The translations under genes and the position numbers were made by a program. Shown here piece by piece: positions 13,650-27,523 of a stretch of DNA of 64,000 nt (the first letter of the stretch is position 1; each line of letters opens with the position of its first letter). The stretch comes from Felis catus (lineage: Eukaryota). The stretch is taken from assembly GCF_018350175.1 (NCBI RefSeq), contig NC_058368.1, positions 151,778,001-151,842,000 of the forward strand, in the 5' to 3' direction. Under the pieces are notes generated by a model. It was not told the origin of the DNA and ran no database searches. It saw only the letters and a list, made by a program, of their open reading frames with translations.

Positions 13650-16600
13650 TTAAAGGTAGAAAGCAGGAAGGAGTGTTGCTCCCACCCTACCAATAGGAAA
13701 AAAGACTATTAACTTACAAAATGATAACTTTGCTTATACTCATCGGATTGTGAGATTGCAGGACAACCAACTAGCCTGTAATGTAAAGGAAAACGGCTTC
13801 CAAGGAGATATGGGTCTTAAGTACTGACTCAGAAGGGAAGGAAGATGGCGTAAGTAATGGAAATTCATCTAAAATTTTTAATTCATCGCTAAAACACAGG
13901 CTAACATGAGAGTATAAAACCCCTGGGAGCCAAAAACACAGTGGAGTCCACAGCCACTCAAGGTTCTTCTCCATCAACCTCTACCACTTTCCATGAGAAA
14001 GAGCAGAAACAGGGAGACCAGAGAAAGTCTCCCTCACAGTGCAAATGAGAAGAGGAGAGGGCTGTCACTGTAGGAAAAGCCAAAAATCCTGTCAAGACCA
14101 TTCTGCCCATGGAACAAGAGCCTAAAGTTGTGACAAAGACAAGAATGCTTATCATTCCAGGGTACAGGTATAGACCCATGTGGCTGGGGAAGGAAAGGAA
14201 AAAATCCCTTTGGTACTGAGGAATTATCAGAGTCTCCTACTACTAAGGGGAGGGCAGAATCCATGAGAAAATCTCAAGTTAGGAACAAAGAGCCCAAAAC
14301 TATATAAAGACAATAGAGAAGTCCTCTGTCTTTCACCACTAGGCTGGCAAGCAAAGAGTAATAGGCAACAGCGGTACACCTCTGGGGGAAGGGAGAGCAT
14401 GGAGACAAACCCTCCCTGAGGTGTAGGCACACTGGGAAAATCTTCATACTAACAGAGAAACAATGGCAAACCAGTGCCCCTCCAAGCACAAGGTCATGCT
14501 AGAGAAACCTGAAGTCAGTTGTACTCTGAAGGTAATCAAAACAATGATGAAAGGCAAACTCACCTAATCTTTTAAAGACTGACTCATATTCTCCACAAGT
14601 AGCAAAGGAGAAGAAAGTGTATGGCTATTTCTAGGCATAAATACTATTTACAAATCTTATAAATTATGTTCTCTGCTCATGACAAAACTTAGGAATTAGT
14701 AACCAGAGCATATGGGGGAAAAAGCAGATGGGAAAAACTCAAATATTTGGAAATTAAGCAATCCATTTCTATATAACTCGTGGGCTAAAGAAAAAGTCAC
14801 AAGGGAATTTGGAAAATACTTTAAATTGAATATAATTAAAAGCACAGAATATTAAAATTCTTGGAATTTACCTAAATCAGTACTTTCAAGGAATGTATAG
14901 CATTAAATGTTTACTTTAAAAAGGACAAGTCTGAATTGTGAATAAACCATAAAAATAAGAATAAATAAAAACAAAACTAAACAGAAAGAAGGAAATACTA
15001 AAGGGCATAAAACAATGATATTGAGGACAAAATAATAGAGATAATAATTATAATAAAAAACTGAATCTTTGAAAAAACAAATAAAATGGATAAATCTTTA
15101 GTCAGACTTAGCAAGAAAAAAGGGAGGAGAGAAATTACCAAAATCAAATATGAAAGGAAAGACATCTAAGAAACACACAGATATTAAAATAATAACAAAG
15201 GAATACTATGAATCACTTTAAGCCCATAAATTTTGGCAACAGGTAAAATGGACAAATTCCTTCAGATATAAACCACCAAGTCTCGTTCAAGAAAAAACAA
15301 TAACTTGACTAGTTTTATATAAAGTAGTTGAACTGGGAGTTAAAAAGCTTCTAACAAAGAAAACCTCAGATAGGTTCACTAGTTGGCTTCTACCAAACAT
15401 TTTAGAGAGAATACCAGTTCAGTGCAAAATCTTTCAAAAAAACAGGAGAGAGTGCTTCCCAACATGTTTTATGAGGCTGGCATTACCCTGAAACCAAAAT
15501 CAGATGTGTCATTATAACAAAACAAACTTACAGCCTAATATCTCTCATGAACACAGACACAAAAATATTTGAAATGTTAGCACATCATGATAAAGCAACT
15601 GTACCATACGAACACATTAAAGAGAAAATATATGATCATCTCAATCAATGAAGAATCATTTGACAAAATACAATACTTGTTCATGATAAAAACTGTCAGC
15701 AAACTAGAAACAGAAAAGAATGTCCGCAGTCTATTAAAGGGTACCTCAACAAACCCTTACAGGCACCATGCTACTTACTATTAAAAAACCATTAGGTATG
15801 AAAGGAAACCTAAAGTTGACACCTCATATTATCTGACTTTGGGAGTTACTTTAAAACTACAATAATCAAATTAATATTATATTAAGGAAAGAAGAGAAAT
15901 ACAAATAAACTGTAAAGAGAGGGTCCAGAAATAGATCCACGCATACTTGGTGAGTTAGTTTTTGGCAAAGCTGCAATGGCTGTGCAGAATAGATGGTCTT
16001 TTCAACTAGTGGTGCTGTAAGTATGGACATCCACAACCAAAATAATTAACTTCAAATTGTACCTCATAGCCTAAACAAAATTAATAAAAGCCAATCAGAG
16101 GCCCAAATGCAAAACCTATAATTAGAAAACATCAAGAGAAACCATAAGAGAAAAGCCTTGTGAACCTATTAGCCAAGTGTTTCTTTGTAACACAATAAGC
16201 ATGAGCCATAAAAAAAAATATGATAAAATGGACCTTACTGAAATTAAAAACTTCAAAATAAAACCCAAACCTTCACTCTTCAAAAGATGTTAAGAGAATG
16301 AAAAGACAAGGTACAGATGGGATAATATATTTGCAAAACACTTATCTGATAAAGGACTTGTGTCTAAATGTATAAAGAACTCTCAAAACTCAATTATAAG
16401 AAAACAAACCAATAAAAAATAGGCAAGATATTTCAAAAGACACTTCAGTGAATAAATAAAGCTGGCAATAAGTATATAAACACATGCTCAATATCATTAG
16501 TCATAGGGAAGTGCAAATTGAAACACAAATAAGTTCTATGGTAGGAAGGATTCTAAGATGACCCTCCAATGACCAAGCCCTTGTACGTCCACCTCTCCAT

Positions 16601-17880
16601 GAGCATTGGCTGGGGCTTCTAACTATGATGGGATGTCAGGCCATGATTATATTACATTTATGGCAAAGCTGAAGGGGTTTTATGGATATAATTAAGATCT
16701 CTCATCAGTTGATTCTGAGCAATTCATAAAGAAGTTTACATTAATGGGCCTGATCTAATTAGGTGAGCTCTTAAATGAGGGTTCAGCGCTCAGAAACAAA
16801 GGAAATCAAAGATTTTTGTTGGCGGCAAAGAAGAATCAGGCTGCCATGTTATGAGATGGCCCATGACTGACAGACCTGTAAGAAGCTAAGTGTGACCTCA
16901 GGCCAAGAGCCAGTCAGTAAACAGGGACCTCAGTCCCACAGTGCAAAAAACTAAATTCTGCCAATGACCTCAATGAATCTCGAAGAAGACCTGGAGCTTC
17001 AGATAAAGTTGCAGTTCTACTGAAACCTTGATTGCAGCCTATTAAGACCTTGCATAGAGTAGCCAGTTAACCCATGCCTAGCTTTCTGACACACAGGAAC
17101 TTTGAGGTAACAAATTTGTGTTGCATTAAGGTTGAAAGTATAGGGTAGCAACAACAGAAACAAATACAAAATACCATTAAACATGTATGAGAATGGTAAA
17201 AACAAAAACACAAACAAAAAACCCCAAAGAGTGTCAAAGCAAAGGCTGTTTGCAATGATACTGAACAACCAGAATTCACGTATTACTGATACGAATGAAA
17301 AATTACGCAGATACCTCACAGAACAATGTGACAGTTTCTTGTAAAGCTGTACATATGCTTACCATATGACCCAGTGATTCCATGCCTGGGTATTTACCAT
17401 GGGATGTGAAAATACATGTTCACGTACAAACTTGTAGGAGACTGTTTACAGGGGCTTCATTTATAAATGATCCAAATTGGAAACAACCCATATAACCACC
17501 AAACCTCTGAAAGGTTAAACTGTGATATATCCATATGATCGAATACTGCTCACCAACAAAGAGGGATGACCACTTGGTACAAGCAGTAACATAGATGGGT
17601 ATCAAATGTTCTTGTTAAATTAATCAAAAGTCTACATACTGTATGATGCCATTAATTTTACATTTCAAACAAGATAAAACTAAGGAGAAATAAAATAGAT
17701 TAGTGTTTTCCAGGGAAGACATGATCAGAGATACTGGCTACAAAGGGGCATGAGTGCTTTTTTTAAGGCTGAAAGAACAGTTCTGTATCTTGATTATGTG
17801 GTACTAAGTATATATTTTTGCCAAAATTCATAAACTAGACACAAACAGCATTAATTTTATTGTATATAATTATGCTTTAG
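13650..17880 (+). mobile_element. Old L1M-type LINE-1, fragmented, with nested MaLR LTR
   Basis: ORF2 remnant YMIISINEESFDKIQYLFMIKTVSKL (15587..15784), decayed 3' region. Confidence 0.85.
16536..17165 (+). mobile_element. MaLR solo LTR (MLT1E-like) nested in L1
   Basis: tggtagg...attctaagatgacc start; accttgattgcagcct...ttctgac...taacaaatttgtgttg...gcaacaacagaaa end typical of MLT1. Confidence 0.8.
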
Positions 17881-17889
17881 TTAAACAGT

Positions 17890-18340
17890 AACAAGCAAAC
17901 TGAAATAACTGCTGTTTTAAAATCCCAGTGACTTAAATACGTAAAGTTTATCTCCTGCTCAGGAAAGTTCAAAATAATTGATTGTAATCCATAAGCTGTT
18001 TTCCTGAATATGTGATTCAGGGAACCAAGCTCCCCCCATTTTCTTTCTGCCTGTGCATTCATCAATACATGGATCACAAGTTCTCTTGGCTAGCCTCTTG
18101 GCAAAATAAAAAAATAAAAAATAAAAAAAATAAATAAAATGAAACAAAATAAAATAAAGTAAAATAAAGTAAAATAAAATAAAATAAAATAAAATAAAAT
18201 AAAATAAAATAAAATAAAATAAAATAAATCAATCATGGGCTGGCTGACATGAGAGGGCCAGAGAGAGCATTACGTTTGCTCACATCCACTGCAGCTACTG
18301 AATCCAAACTCATAGTGACAGAAGGGAGTAGTCAAATTTA
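17890..18340 (-). mobile_element. Old MaLR LTR fragment (MLT1J/K-like) containing (AAAAT)n
   Basis: cccagtgacttaaa...aaagtttatctcctgctca...tgattcagggaaccaagctcc. Confidence 0.55.
18105..18228. repeat. (AAAAT)n
   Basis: Direct reading. Confidence 0.95.
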
Positions 18341-18616
18341 GACAATTGGTGTATATAGGAAATAGAGAAAAAAGTCTTAGAAATAGATAATCTGGCTATT
18401 AATAAACCCAAAAACATAAACTATTTCCCACAGATAATAAAGTCTGGTCTAACAATCAAACAAACAAAAATAAAAACATAACAAGGTAAAACAAACAATA
18501 CTAATAAGGATGGTTGTTAATTTTTGTAGAATATACATTCCTGAGGAATAGGTCTACTCAAATAATGTGTCATTTAAAAACGAACTGATAAAAACATTGT
18601 TGCATCCAATGTTCAC

Positions 18617-19735
18617 CTATGGTGTCATCTTTCAGAATTCTTCCAATGAGACCTCTCTCCTGCATTGCCATTCAGATATTTTTCTGCAACGCCACTTGGC
18701 TTTTTCAAATTCAAATTAGAAAAATACATACTGGAACAAAGATGATTTCCTGAAGAAAAGCTGCACAAATCACGTTTACTTAATATAGATAACCTTCAAA
18801 TGATATTTTAGGTTATTTATTCAGCATTACTATTCTAATAAGATTTTTCTAAAATATTATAATTTCCTGATAAAAGATACATAGGGATAAAATACAATGT
18901 TTGTGTTCCTGGGTTCAACTTTGGGAAAAACTTGAAAATTCTTGGAATTTTCAAAATAGTATTTAGTGACATAGGTTTTAAAATCATTTGGAGAATGCAA
19001 AATAAACAATTTAGCTCATTTTAGTATTTTGGTTGCTAGATGATACCATATAATAGCACATATGCAAAATTCTGTAACCTATTTTTCTGTATGTAAACTA
19101 TTCTTTTAGGGTTAGTTAGTAAATAGCATTATTACAGTTCATAATCTACAAAGAAATATTTTTTTACTCAATTTAACGTTTTCGAAAAGCTATTTAAAAA
19201 AAAAAACTTGGATTGAATCATTTCTCATATCACCAGTGATAAATGAGAGACATTTTGTATGCTGTAAGAATTAAAGAAAATTCTTTTCTCATTCCATGGC
19301 TATCACGCAACTACTGTTTTAATCAACTTGTAGAAGAAAAAAAGTATATTTATAAAGAATATGCTGGTCCTCTTGAAGGATGAGGCAGAGCAAAATTGCC
19401 CAACTGCCTACTGCTTCATATATGTAACAAATCACATATGGTGTTATAGATTCTGGTCATCTGTGTAAAAGTGCAGCTATGGTTCTTGTGTTTATCTAAA
19501 TTTCATACTCAAATTATTTTCTGATCAATAAATTGATTTTAAGTTGCAATCTTATGAACTTCTTCTATCAGTCATCATCTGTGGTTATTAATGCAAGGGA
19601 TATGGCATGTTTGTGTTAAATTGGCACAGCATGAAGCGTGAATTTTATGATATATTTTAAACTCCATGTTCATGAATTGTTTTCTTCTGAGTGGGTGGAT
19701 CACAGCTATATAAAGACACGTTATGTTTCAAGGTC
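18617..19735 (-). pseudogene. Heavily decayed coding-like block (one or more exons)
   Basis: LIEEVHKIA; TFTQMTRIYNTICDLL; ALQKNI*MAMQERGLIGRILKDDTI; boundaries unclear. Confidence 0.45.
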
Positions 19736-20268
19736 TGTCTCAATTTGAAATATATATATTTATTTACAGAGTATAAACAAGAAACAAAATGAGGAAAATT
19801 AAATTTGAAGAACTCAGGATTTCAAAAGCTTTGAACATTATTTTAAAAATTAGTTTTGAGGGGAGGCTAATCAGTGGGACAAAGATTAGAGAAAACCATC
19901 AGCCTGTTCTAATGAAAAGTAATAGTGTCAAGGAAAAGTGAGACCAAGTGAGGAAGAAGACAACGACCAAGTACTGTGAGGTAGATGGTGTGGAGTGGGC
20001 CTTTGGTGTTCCCAGGGATGTCAGTGCCTCATAGATTTTATGCAGCATGATATGCCTGGTTTTAAAAAGATGAGTTACTAATCAATTATTAACCAAGTGA
20101 CTAATTTGCTGTTTGAGTGGATTAATCTAATAATTCATCAAATTTAGTCAAAAGAACCCAGAAATTTATTAATACTGTATATTAATAATAAATTCTTACT
20201 TTTGCATGTATGAAATTTCATACAACATAAAAGTGGGAATTTTATGTACTACATAGGTTCAGAAAAAC

Positions 20269-20270
<2 letters not shown>

Positions 20271-20316
<46 letters not shown>
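20271..20316. repeat. (TA)n
   Basis: Direct reading. Confidence 0.95.
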
Positions 20317-20320
<4 letters not shown>

Positions 20321-20369
20321 GTATATAATATATATATAAACTACTGAAATTTACTATCTGCCTTTGTTA

Positions 20370-20500
20370 TTTGTTTTAAATATTTATTTATTTTGAGAAA
20401 AAGAGAGAAAGAGAGAGAAAGCATGAGCAGGGGAGGGGCGGAGAGACAGGGAGACAGAGAGACTCCCAAGTAGCCTCTGTGCCGTCAGCACATAGCCTTT
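20370..20500 (-). mobile_element. Truncated Can-SINE
   Basis: tttatttattttgaga...gcatgagcaggggaggggc. Confidence 0.8.
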
Positions 20501-21139
20501 CCCTTTGGTCTTAAGATCCTTCTCTGTGCTAAAGTCATATTAGATAAACACAAGATTAGCTTCCTATTGAAGTTTGAGCTTAATAATAGCATATTTAATT
20601 AAAAATTACACTTGAATGCTGTCTAGTTCCTTCACTTGTTCACAAATACTGATTATGCACCTACCATTGCCAGGCATTATGACACAGTGGTGAGAAAAAC
20701 AAAAAAACAAAAAACATTATATGGTGCCTGCAGGGAAGAGGCTTGAGATATAAATTTTAACACTTTCACCAAAAAGGCTAGATATTACGATTAGGATACA
20801 GACAGTGAAGCAGAGTTTTATGGTAGTACATGAGCATAAATGAGATCATGAAAAACCTGAGTGAAGAACATCAGAGTGAGCAAAAGTAATCTGAAAAATG
20901 AGCACACCTTAATCATCTAGAGTATCCCTAGAAGAGGAAACAGGGCATGGAAATAGGTTATGCCAGAAAAAAGGGCCCAGACAGGGAGCTGAAGTAGGCA
21001 GAGTGAGAAAAGTAGGAAGCATCAGGCCAGTGAAGTATGTCCTGGCAGGAACTTGCAAGTCCTGGTAGGCTGAAGAGGTCTTCTTTCCTTCATCTGAGAT
21101 CAATAAGAAGGTATCAAAGTATTTTATATTTCTGTGCTA

Positions 21140-21650
21140 TAGTTGTCTAGTTGAGAGAGATTGGAAGCCAGCCAAGTGTCCTAAACAGAAAAAATTTTCC
21201 AAGACTCTGAGACTTATCCTACCAAGAAAGAAGATTTTATGGTCTTCTGTGTAACCTTAGTTACAGTGATGGTCAAAATCTACCTGCTTGTAAGAAATCA
21301 GAGATCTTCACCAAGAAGTGCTGGCCATTTAGAAGCATTTAGAAGCAAAAGTGAAGGACATGTCAGTGAGAAGTGAGAAGTGAAGGATATGTCAGGGAGA
21401 GTTGGCTGGAAGTTACCCTCAGTTTAGTGCCATATGGGTCTTACTATGAAGCAGCTCTCAACATAGCAGATCACTTAACCAGAGCAAGCACACAAGATGA
21501 GCCTTAGAATGTGTAAGGTGCTACAGCCATATTCTATTTGTTATAAGCAAGCCACTAGGTACAGCCCACACATAAGGGAAGGAGACTCTACAAGAGCATG
21601 ACGACCAGAGGTAGGGATAATTGGAGGATGTTTTAGAAGTGGCCTACCAC
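21140..21650 (-). mobile_element. MaLR solo LTR (MLT1F-like)
   Basis: Reverse strand begins tgtggtaggccacttctaaaacatcctccaattatccctacctctggtc. Confidence 0.7.
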
Positions 21651-22042
21651 AATAGTAAGCTTTAAAATGCACAGCAAACATGAACTGGAGTGACAAAATG
21701 AGGTCATGGTTTAGAAGTTGCCTATTAGACATAATAAAATGCATTCTGGTACATTCCAGGAAACTAGCCTGCAAAATAGAAATAGAAAAGGGGAAAAAAT
21801 AATAGTTCTAAACTTCTAGGAGATAATGGTGACAAGGAAGTAATAAGCTCCAGGCAAACTGGGGATGTATGGCACACTATAATTGCCTGTTGACTATTCT
21901 GTTTGCCACGAGACTATCAGCTCCAAGAGGACAGGAGTTGTGCTGCCACTTACCCTTAAAACCTCTTATCTAGTACACTATAAGAACATTTTAGGTGCTC
22001 AATAAATATTACAGGAAGGACAAAGAACTTTGACCTCTTCAC

Positions 22043-22175
22043 CTTGTTTTAGAAGGCTTTGCCTATACAAGAGTGAGCAGTGATTCCCACAGGTCACATA
22101 TTAGATGCCAAGGCTTTCTAGTTTCATGATATTTGTTCATTACACTGATTATGGTTTAGGAGAAATGGGTTAAGT
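22043..22175 (-). pseudogene. Fossil exon (~133 nt)
   Basis: atttttAG acceptor, aag|GTgaag donor; ISVMNKYHETRKPWHLICDLWESLLTLV. Confidence 0.55.
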
Positions 22176-22905
22176 CTAAAAATCTATTTGTACATTACCA
22201 GAGTAAAATTATATTCCTGATCTTTTAAATGGCACACAGTTGTGAGAATTTGGACAAGGGACAGGAGGATGTGGGAGTAGGAGAGCTACAATTCTTAGCA
22301 GCTATCTTTGTTTTTCAGAAGTTTATAAGTGGAAAGTCTTGATACATAATGGAATAACCAAAAATTCAAGGCAATTTGTAACAAGGGTCAACTAAATTAT
22401 CACAAATGAAGAGCTATGGACATTTAAGGGAGAGAAAAGTTACTAGAATTAGGACGGTCAGGAAACCTTAAGAGATGGCACGGGAATTCAAAGGATGACA
22501 TTCTGACAAGAAGAGAAGAAGGGACAGACATGCTACATAAAAAGAAGATGTAAGAATACTCAGGGAATTGCTGTGGGGAAACAGAAGCCCAGTGTTATGG
22601 ATGCTGACATCCTACTGACCACTGTTTGCTGCCAATTTATAAAACTGAAAATAAGAAGTGTCGTTTAAGAAGGACTTTGCTCCTCGCCTTGCTTTTACAT
22701 TCACTTAACCTGAGTCTCAATTTCCGCACCTGTAAAATTGAGAACGATAGTAATCCAGCGTCCTGGGATTTGTGTGTGGATGGAGTGGTATCTGTGTTTA
22801 GGGGACTTTATCAGTGGGCATACTTAATTAGAAACCACTTCTAATCCCTTCTTATTTCTTCTATCATTCAGGCTGGAGATTCCGGTTTTCTATTGTTTTA
22901 ACCAC

Positions 22906-23200
22906 CTTCTAATAGAGGAATGCCTTTTCTAAACCTAAGATTTCAGAAAGCTGTCTAGGAAGGGCTTCTCTTTCCATAATTAAAAGAGAAATAGTGAACT
23001 GATAGAGCAGAAGCTTAGAGTCAGACAATGTAAATCCCCCAGGAATTCACAAATTCCCTGTAAACACAGTGGATCTTCAACAGATACATGGTAGGTACAG
23101 GCTAATTTTAACTAAAGCTACAGTGACGGACTGATAATGGAGTTAGAGGCATAAATACAAGATAATTCTTCTGACTAGAGCTCAGATTGCACAGAAATAG
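22906..23200 (-). pseudogene. Fossil exon, end-of-AAA5-like
   Basis: tttcatattatAG acceptor; LFLCNLSSSQKNYLVF...; LSDSKLLLYQFTISLLIMEREALPRQLSEILGLEKAFL. Confidence 0.6.
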
Positions 23201-24377
23201 CTATAATATGAAACCCTTTAATATTTGCATAACTTATGTGAAGTTTCTCATATATTTAATATTATTCAGGAATAGAGTATATTTATAAATTCTTTAATAA
23301 CTCTCACCTTCTAATCCAAAACTTCAATGGCTATCTTAATCAGCGTCATAAAATTTATTATAAGAACAGAAGAAATTAGAAGAACTTTTCACAGGCAACA
23401 TTTTAGAGGAGAGGATTTAAGAGAAAAACCTGGGATGACTAATGAATAGTTCAGAAAATTGATCAAGGGATGCTGTTTTGTGGCCACATTTCTTATTTTT
23501 ACTGCAGACATTCCATTGGATGCACATACATAAGTGGGTTGCTTTCAATAAATTCTTTGACCGTTTAGCATCTGACACAGGTGGTTACCCCTGTGGTGAC
23601 CATGCTCTTACATTCTTCTGATCTTTTTTTTTCCTTTCCACTTTCTAAAAGAAGCTTTCTTCCTCTTTAAACTTTTTGACAATTAGTAATCCTCAAGGTC
23701 TCTCCCTGGCTTGCTCTTTTCTTTCTACACCCTACATTTCTCGGTCCATCAGTGACACACACTTCTTTATCTTTGACCCATACCTCTCTCCTAAGCATTT
23801 CCTGGACTACGAAGCCAGCAATTCCAAGGCACAACCCTCATTACTGTCCCCCTCCAAACCTATACCCTCACCTAATCTCAAACTGGTGAATGATATTACC
23901 AATGTCAGACTTCCAACCAATTACTAAATCTATCTAGACAAATCCTCTGTTATCTATACCTCTCCAGCCAAATCATTACTCCCCTCCAGGCCCTTACCAG
24001 TCACCCTGGTTCTAGTCTTATGATACCATACCTGTCTTTCACATTGTCACAAGAGACATCTTTCTAAAATGCAAAGCTATTTATCACTCCTCAAATTAAA
24101 AGCTTCTTTAACACATATATAGTAAAGTAAATATTCGATAGCATTTAGGGCATTCAGTGAATGTTTGTTTCTCCACTGGGCCAATCTTATTGCCTCACAC
24201 AGTGGGTTCCAGTAATACTAAAGGACTTACCCACCCAAAATACTCAGAGGTGTGTTACAGTTCTGTGCCTTTTCTCAGGCTACTGGACCACTTAAATACC
24301 CTGTTCTGCCTTGTAACAACTGCTGAAACGACTTCTTTTGATCCTTCATGATTAGAAGTTGAATACATATATTTACA

Positions 24378-24378
<1 letters not shown>

Positions 24379-24420
<42 letters not shown>
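24379..24420. repeat. (AC)n
   Basis: Direct reading. Confidence 0.95.
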
Positions 24421-24422
<2 letters not shown>

Positions 24423-24626
24423 ATTCCCAGCACTGGTATATTAAGTATTCAGTGACTATGTGTTAAATGAATGAAATAATGCACACATGGTGACACTAAG
24501 CAGTATTGGAATGAGTGGATATCCTTGGTCATTTTGCTTATTTACAATTAGAAATTCATGGTTTTCCCTAGCTGCCATCATGTCAGCTCATGTGGCTGTC
24601 TTCCACACACTACTTGTTGCACATAC

Positions 24627-24983
24627 CAGCCTTTAAAATCCATGAACCAATCTTTATTGGCACTGACATTTTCTTCCTTTGATCCTTCACCACATTGCTA
24701 CTTCAGTGTCCAAGAGTTTCAAAGCTTTGAATAAGTGGTGGTTGAGCTCTTATACACAGAGCTAGTCTGTGTCCTAAAGACCCAAATCTAGTTCCCTATT
24801 GCAGGACATATTCCACATTTAGGTTACAAAATCGTATAATACCAAGTATAGTCAGTACTGCTTGTTTTCCTTTCCTTTGTTTTTATTAGTCATTTTAAAA
24901 GGTTTTATGGATTGTTCATCACACATGCGTAAAAATATTGAGTCCCATTTTAATAATTTAGTAGCAGATATATATAAACCAGC
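24627..24983 (-). pseudogene. Fossil exon (357 nt)
   Basis: tttgtaaacAG acceptor, ctg|GTatgt donor; AGLYISATKLLKWDSIFLRMCDEQSIKPF...ELNHHLFKALKLLDTEVAMW. Confidence 0.6.
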
Positions 24984-25029
24984 CTGTTTACAAATGCATT
25001 CTAATAGTTATGCCTACTTTTAAATAATT

Positions 25030-25245
25030 ATTATGTGCCAGTCTATAGTTTAAATCTTTACTTCTAACAAGTCATTTACTTACCATAACAACTCTATTCG
25101 GTAGGTTTCCATTTAACTGATGTGAAATGAGAAGGACAGAGAAATTTAGTAATTTGATCAAGGTCACAGGGCTTATTATGTGGCAGAGGCTCAGTGTTAA
25201 CTCAGAGAGATGGACTCCAAAGCTTGTTCTCTTAATCACTTTTCT
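25030..25245 (-). mobile_element. MIR fragment (further MIR pieces near 11100, 13420, 22700, 38250, 60950)
   Basis: agagaaatttagtaatttgatcaaggtcacag core. Confidence 0.65.
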
Positions 25246-25499
25246 AAGCAAACATACCAAAAGTTAGTTTCACTTTTCAGAGAAGTCCCCTAGGGAGCTA
25301 GCACTCGTTCATATTATTCTACGTTTTCCCATAACGTTAAGTGGATTTGTCTTTGGGAATCATCTGCAGAGGTGGTTTGTTGGTCTCATAAGCATTATAA
25401 TCTGTAGACTGATGGAACACTCATTCTCCTCCTTTCCAATTCTTTCTGCTTGGCTCTGCTCCTTTCCTTAAATCTGGTTTTTGGCCAACAATCAACAGA

Positions 25500-26095
25500 T
25501 ATCTCACGAGTGTGAATGGGCTGTAATATGGGGCCAGTAATCTCTCTCCCTCCTATTCTCCCCAGAGGGAGTGATGAAGGCCACTCTGAGAGTATAGCCT
25601 GGAATGCTTAAGCAGAGTCCCTCAGGAAGCAAGCCTAGAAAGCAAGGGTGCATACTGCTTCTCATCCTATGTGTGATAGAGTGATAGGACAGCAGCAATG
25701 GGCTACAAGCCATTAAATCAAATCACCTTAAATAAAAAATCTTTAGAGTGTGTTGACAGAGTGGGTAACTATCTATGGTGTTAGCTGATCAGTATCTTCG
25801 TTATAGTGATAACATATTAATTTTCTTTTGGGGAATATGCTGCATCCTTATTTTTCAATTTCCATGTCGTGGTGGCCTGGCCTAAGTAGTTCAGGGTTGT
25901 ACATGTGACCGAGAAATGGCCTGTGAGTGTCAGGCCTGGAAATTTAAGTCCAATTGTTGGGGAAAAAGCCTGCCAAAGAACAAAGCCAAAACAGTGTCTA
26001 GAGAAAGAAAGAGACAGACTATTTATGTTATCATGTGAGCTCCTAGATCCATATGTGCCTAAAGCCAATTAATTCCCCTGGACTTTTTGTTAAAT
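25500..26095 (+). mobile_element. Old MaLR LTR fragments (MLT1I/J-like)
   Basis: tgagctcctagatccatatgtgcctaaagcc...cctggacttt motif. Confidence 0.5.
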
Positions 26096-27523
26096 GTACT
26101 GACATATCAGGAACATGCAGTAAAACAATTTTTGCAAGCCAAGATAGTTATGGCTCATATAAATAATTGATAGTGCACATATGCCAATCAGGTAATGTTC
26201 ATTCAAATTGATTATCAACTTGGCTGGATAAACCTTAAGTGACATACTTTACCTAAGTATCTGCCAAGCACATATTAAGCCTCATGTACTCATGCATCAT
26301 AAGGTCATTGGTCTTCCAGTTTTCAGAAGAATGTTATAAAGTGATACATTTCTCATTCATGTATTATAAATATTAATTAGGCAGCTACTATGAGCCTGCC
26401 ACTGTATTTGGCAGGAGGATATAATAATAAACATAATCAAACCCATTTTCTGGCTTAAGTGAGGCCAAAGACTTACAGAAAGTTAGATGCCAAGTACATA
26501 ATCCCACAAATAAGTGTAAGTAATACTACAACAGTTACAGATTTCCACATATTGATCTCAGGGCCTATGAAAAAAAAAAAGGAGGCATCTCATCTTTCAG
26601 GAAAATCAGGAAAGACTTTCTTGGGTAAATGACAACAGGCCTGCCCCTTTTAGGGGCCAGGTATAAATCCTACGAAGCTCTTGGGGACCCACCCACCACT
26701 TCTGTTTCCTTTCCCAGAACACCATCTTCACGCTCACTTGACACAACCCCCACCTGCTTCTCACTGTCTGCAAAAGCATATTGGTGCTCTCAGGAGAAGA
26801 AGCCTGGAAGACCCTCCAGCACAGGCCCTGACAGTGATCTCAGGAATATTTGGGCAGGAAATTCTGGGGTTCTGAGTACCTGAAATATCATCTAGTTGGG
26901 TGAGTTATGGGTTCCAACTGGGCACATCCCCCAAGCCAGCCCAGTGGATTTTTGTCAACCTTGAGAATGGCACAGCAAAGGGAGGGTCATAGTGGGGGCT
27001 TCCAAAACAAAAAACTCAGAGCAAGAACTACATCTGGCCAAGTCCAAGGCAGAATACACAACACTTACATTAGGTGTGAAAGCCAAGTGTGTGAAACAGA
27101 AATGCAGAGGAGGTAGGAAAGTTCAGGTAAGGAGAAAATGGCATGGGCTATCGTTTCAGTAAGAGAACATAGTCTTCATTATTAGAAAGTCTGTATCTCA
27201 AGTTTCTTGTTTATGATCTTAAACATGAACAGTGCAAATAATAATAATAGCAAATGCTACAGAAAGTAGGTGGGCTAAAATTGCTGCATAGTATAATTTT
27301 CGCACCAAGACATTGCCTTAAAATAACCAAATCACACAATTACACACAAAAAGATGTACAACAAATAATATACTCTCCCCTCCCCCCTCCAAAAAAACTC
27401 TCGCTGTGTTTTTGAAAGAAATGATATATTCTGTATAGCCTGCGGCTACCCAGTCACTGAGACTAGTTTAGCTGATAGTCACTGAATGTGTCCACAGCCT
27501 TTATAGTGACAAGAGCAATTTAC

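Noticed and set aside
23308..23360. Possible extra small exon NFMTLIKIAIEVLD*K with a strong aag|GTgaga donor
   Set aside because: The acceptor AG is missing, so it was not listed as a feature, though it may be real.
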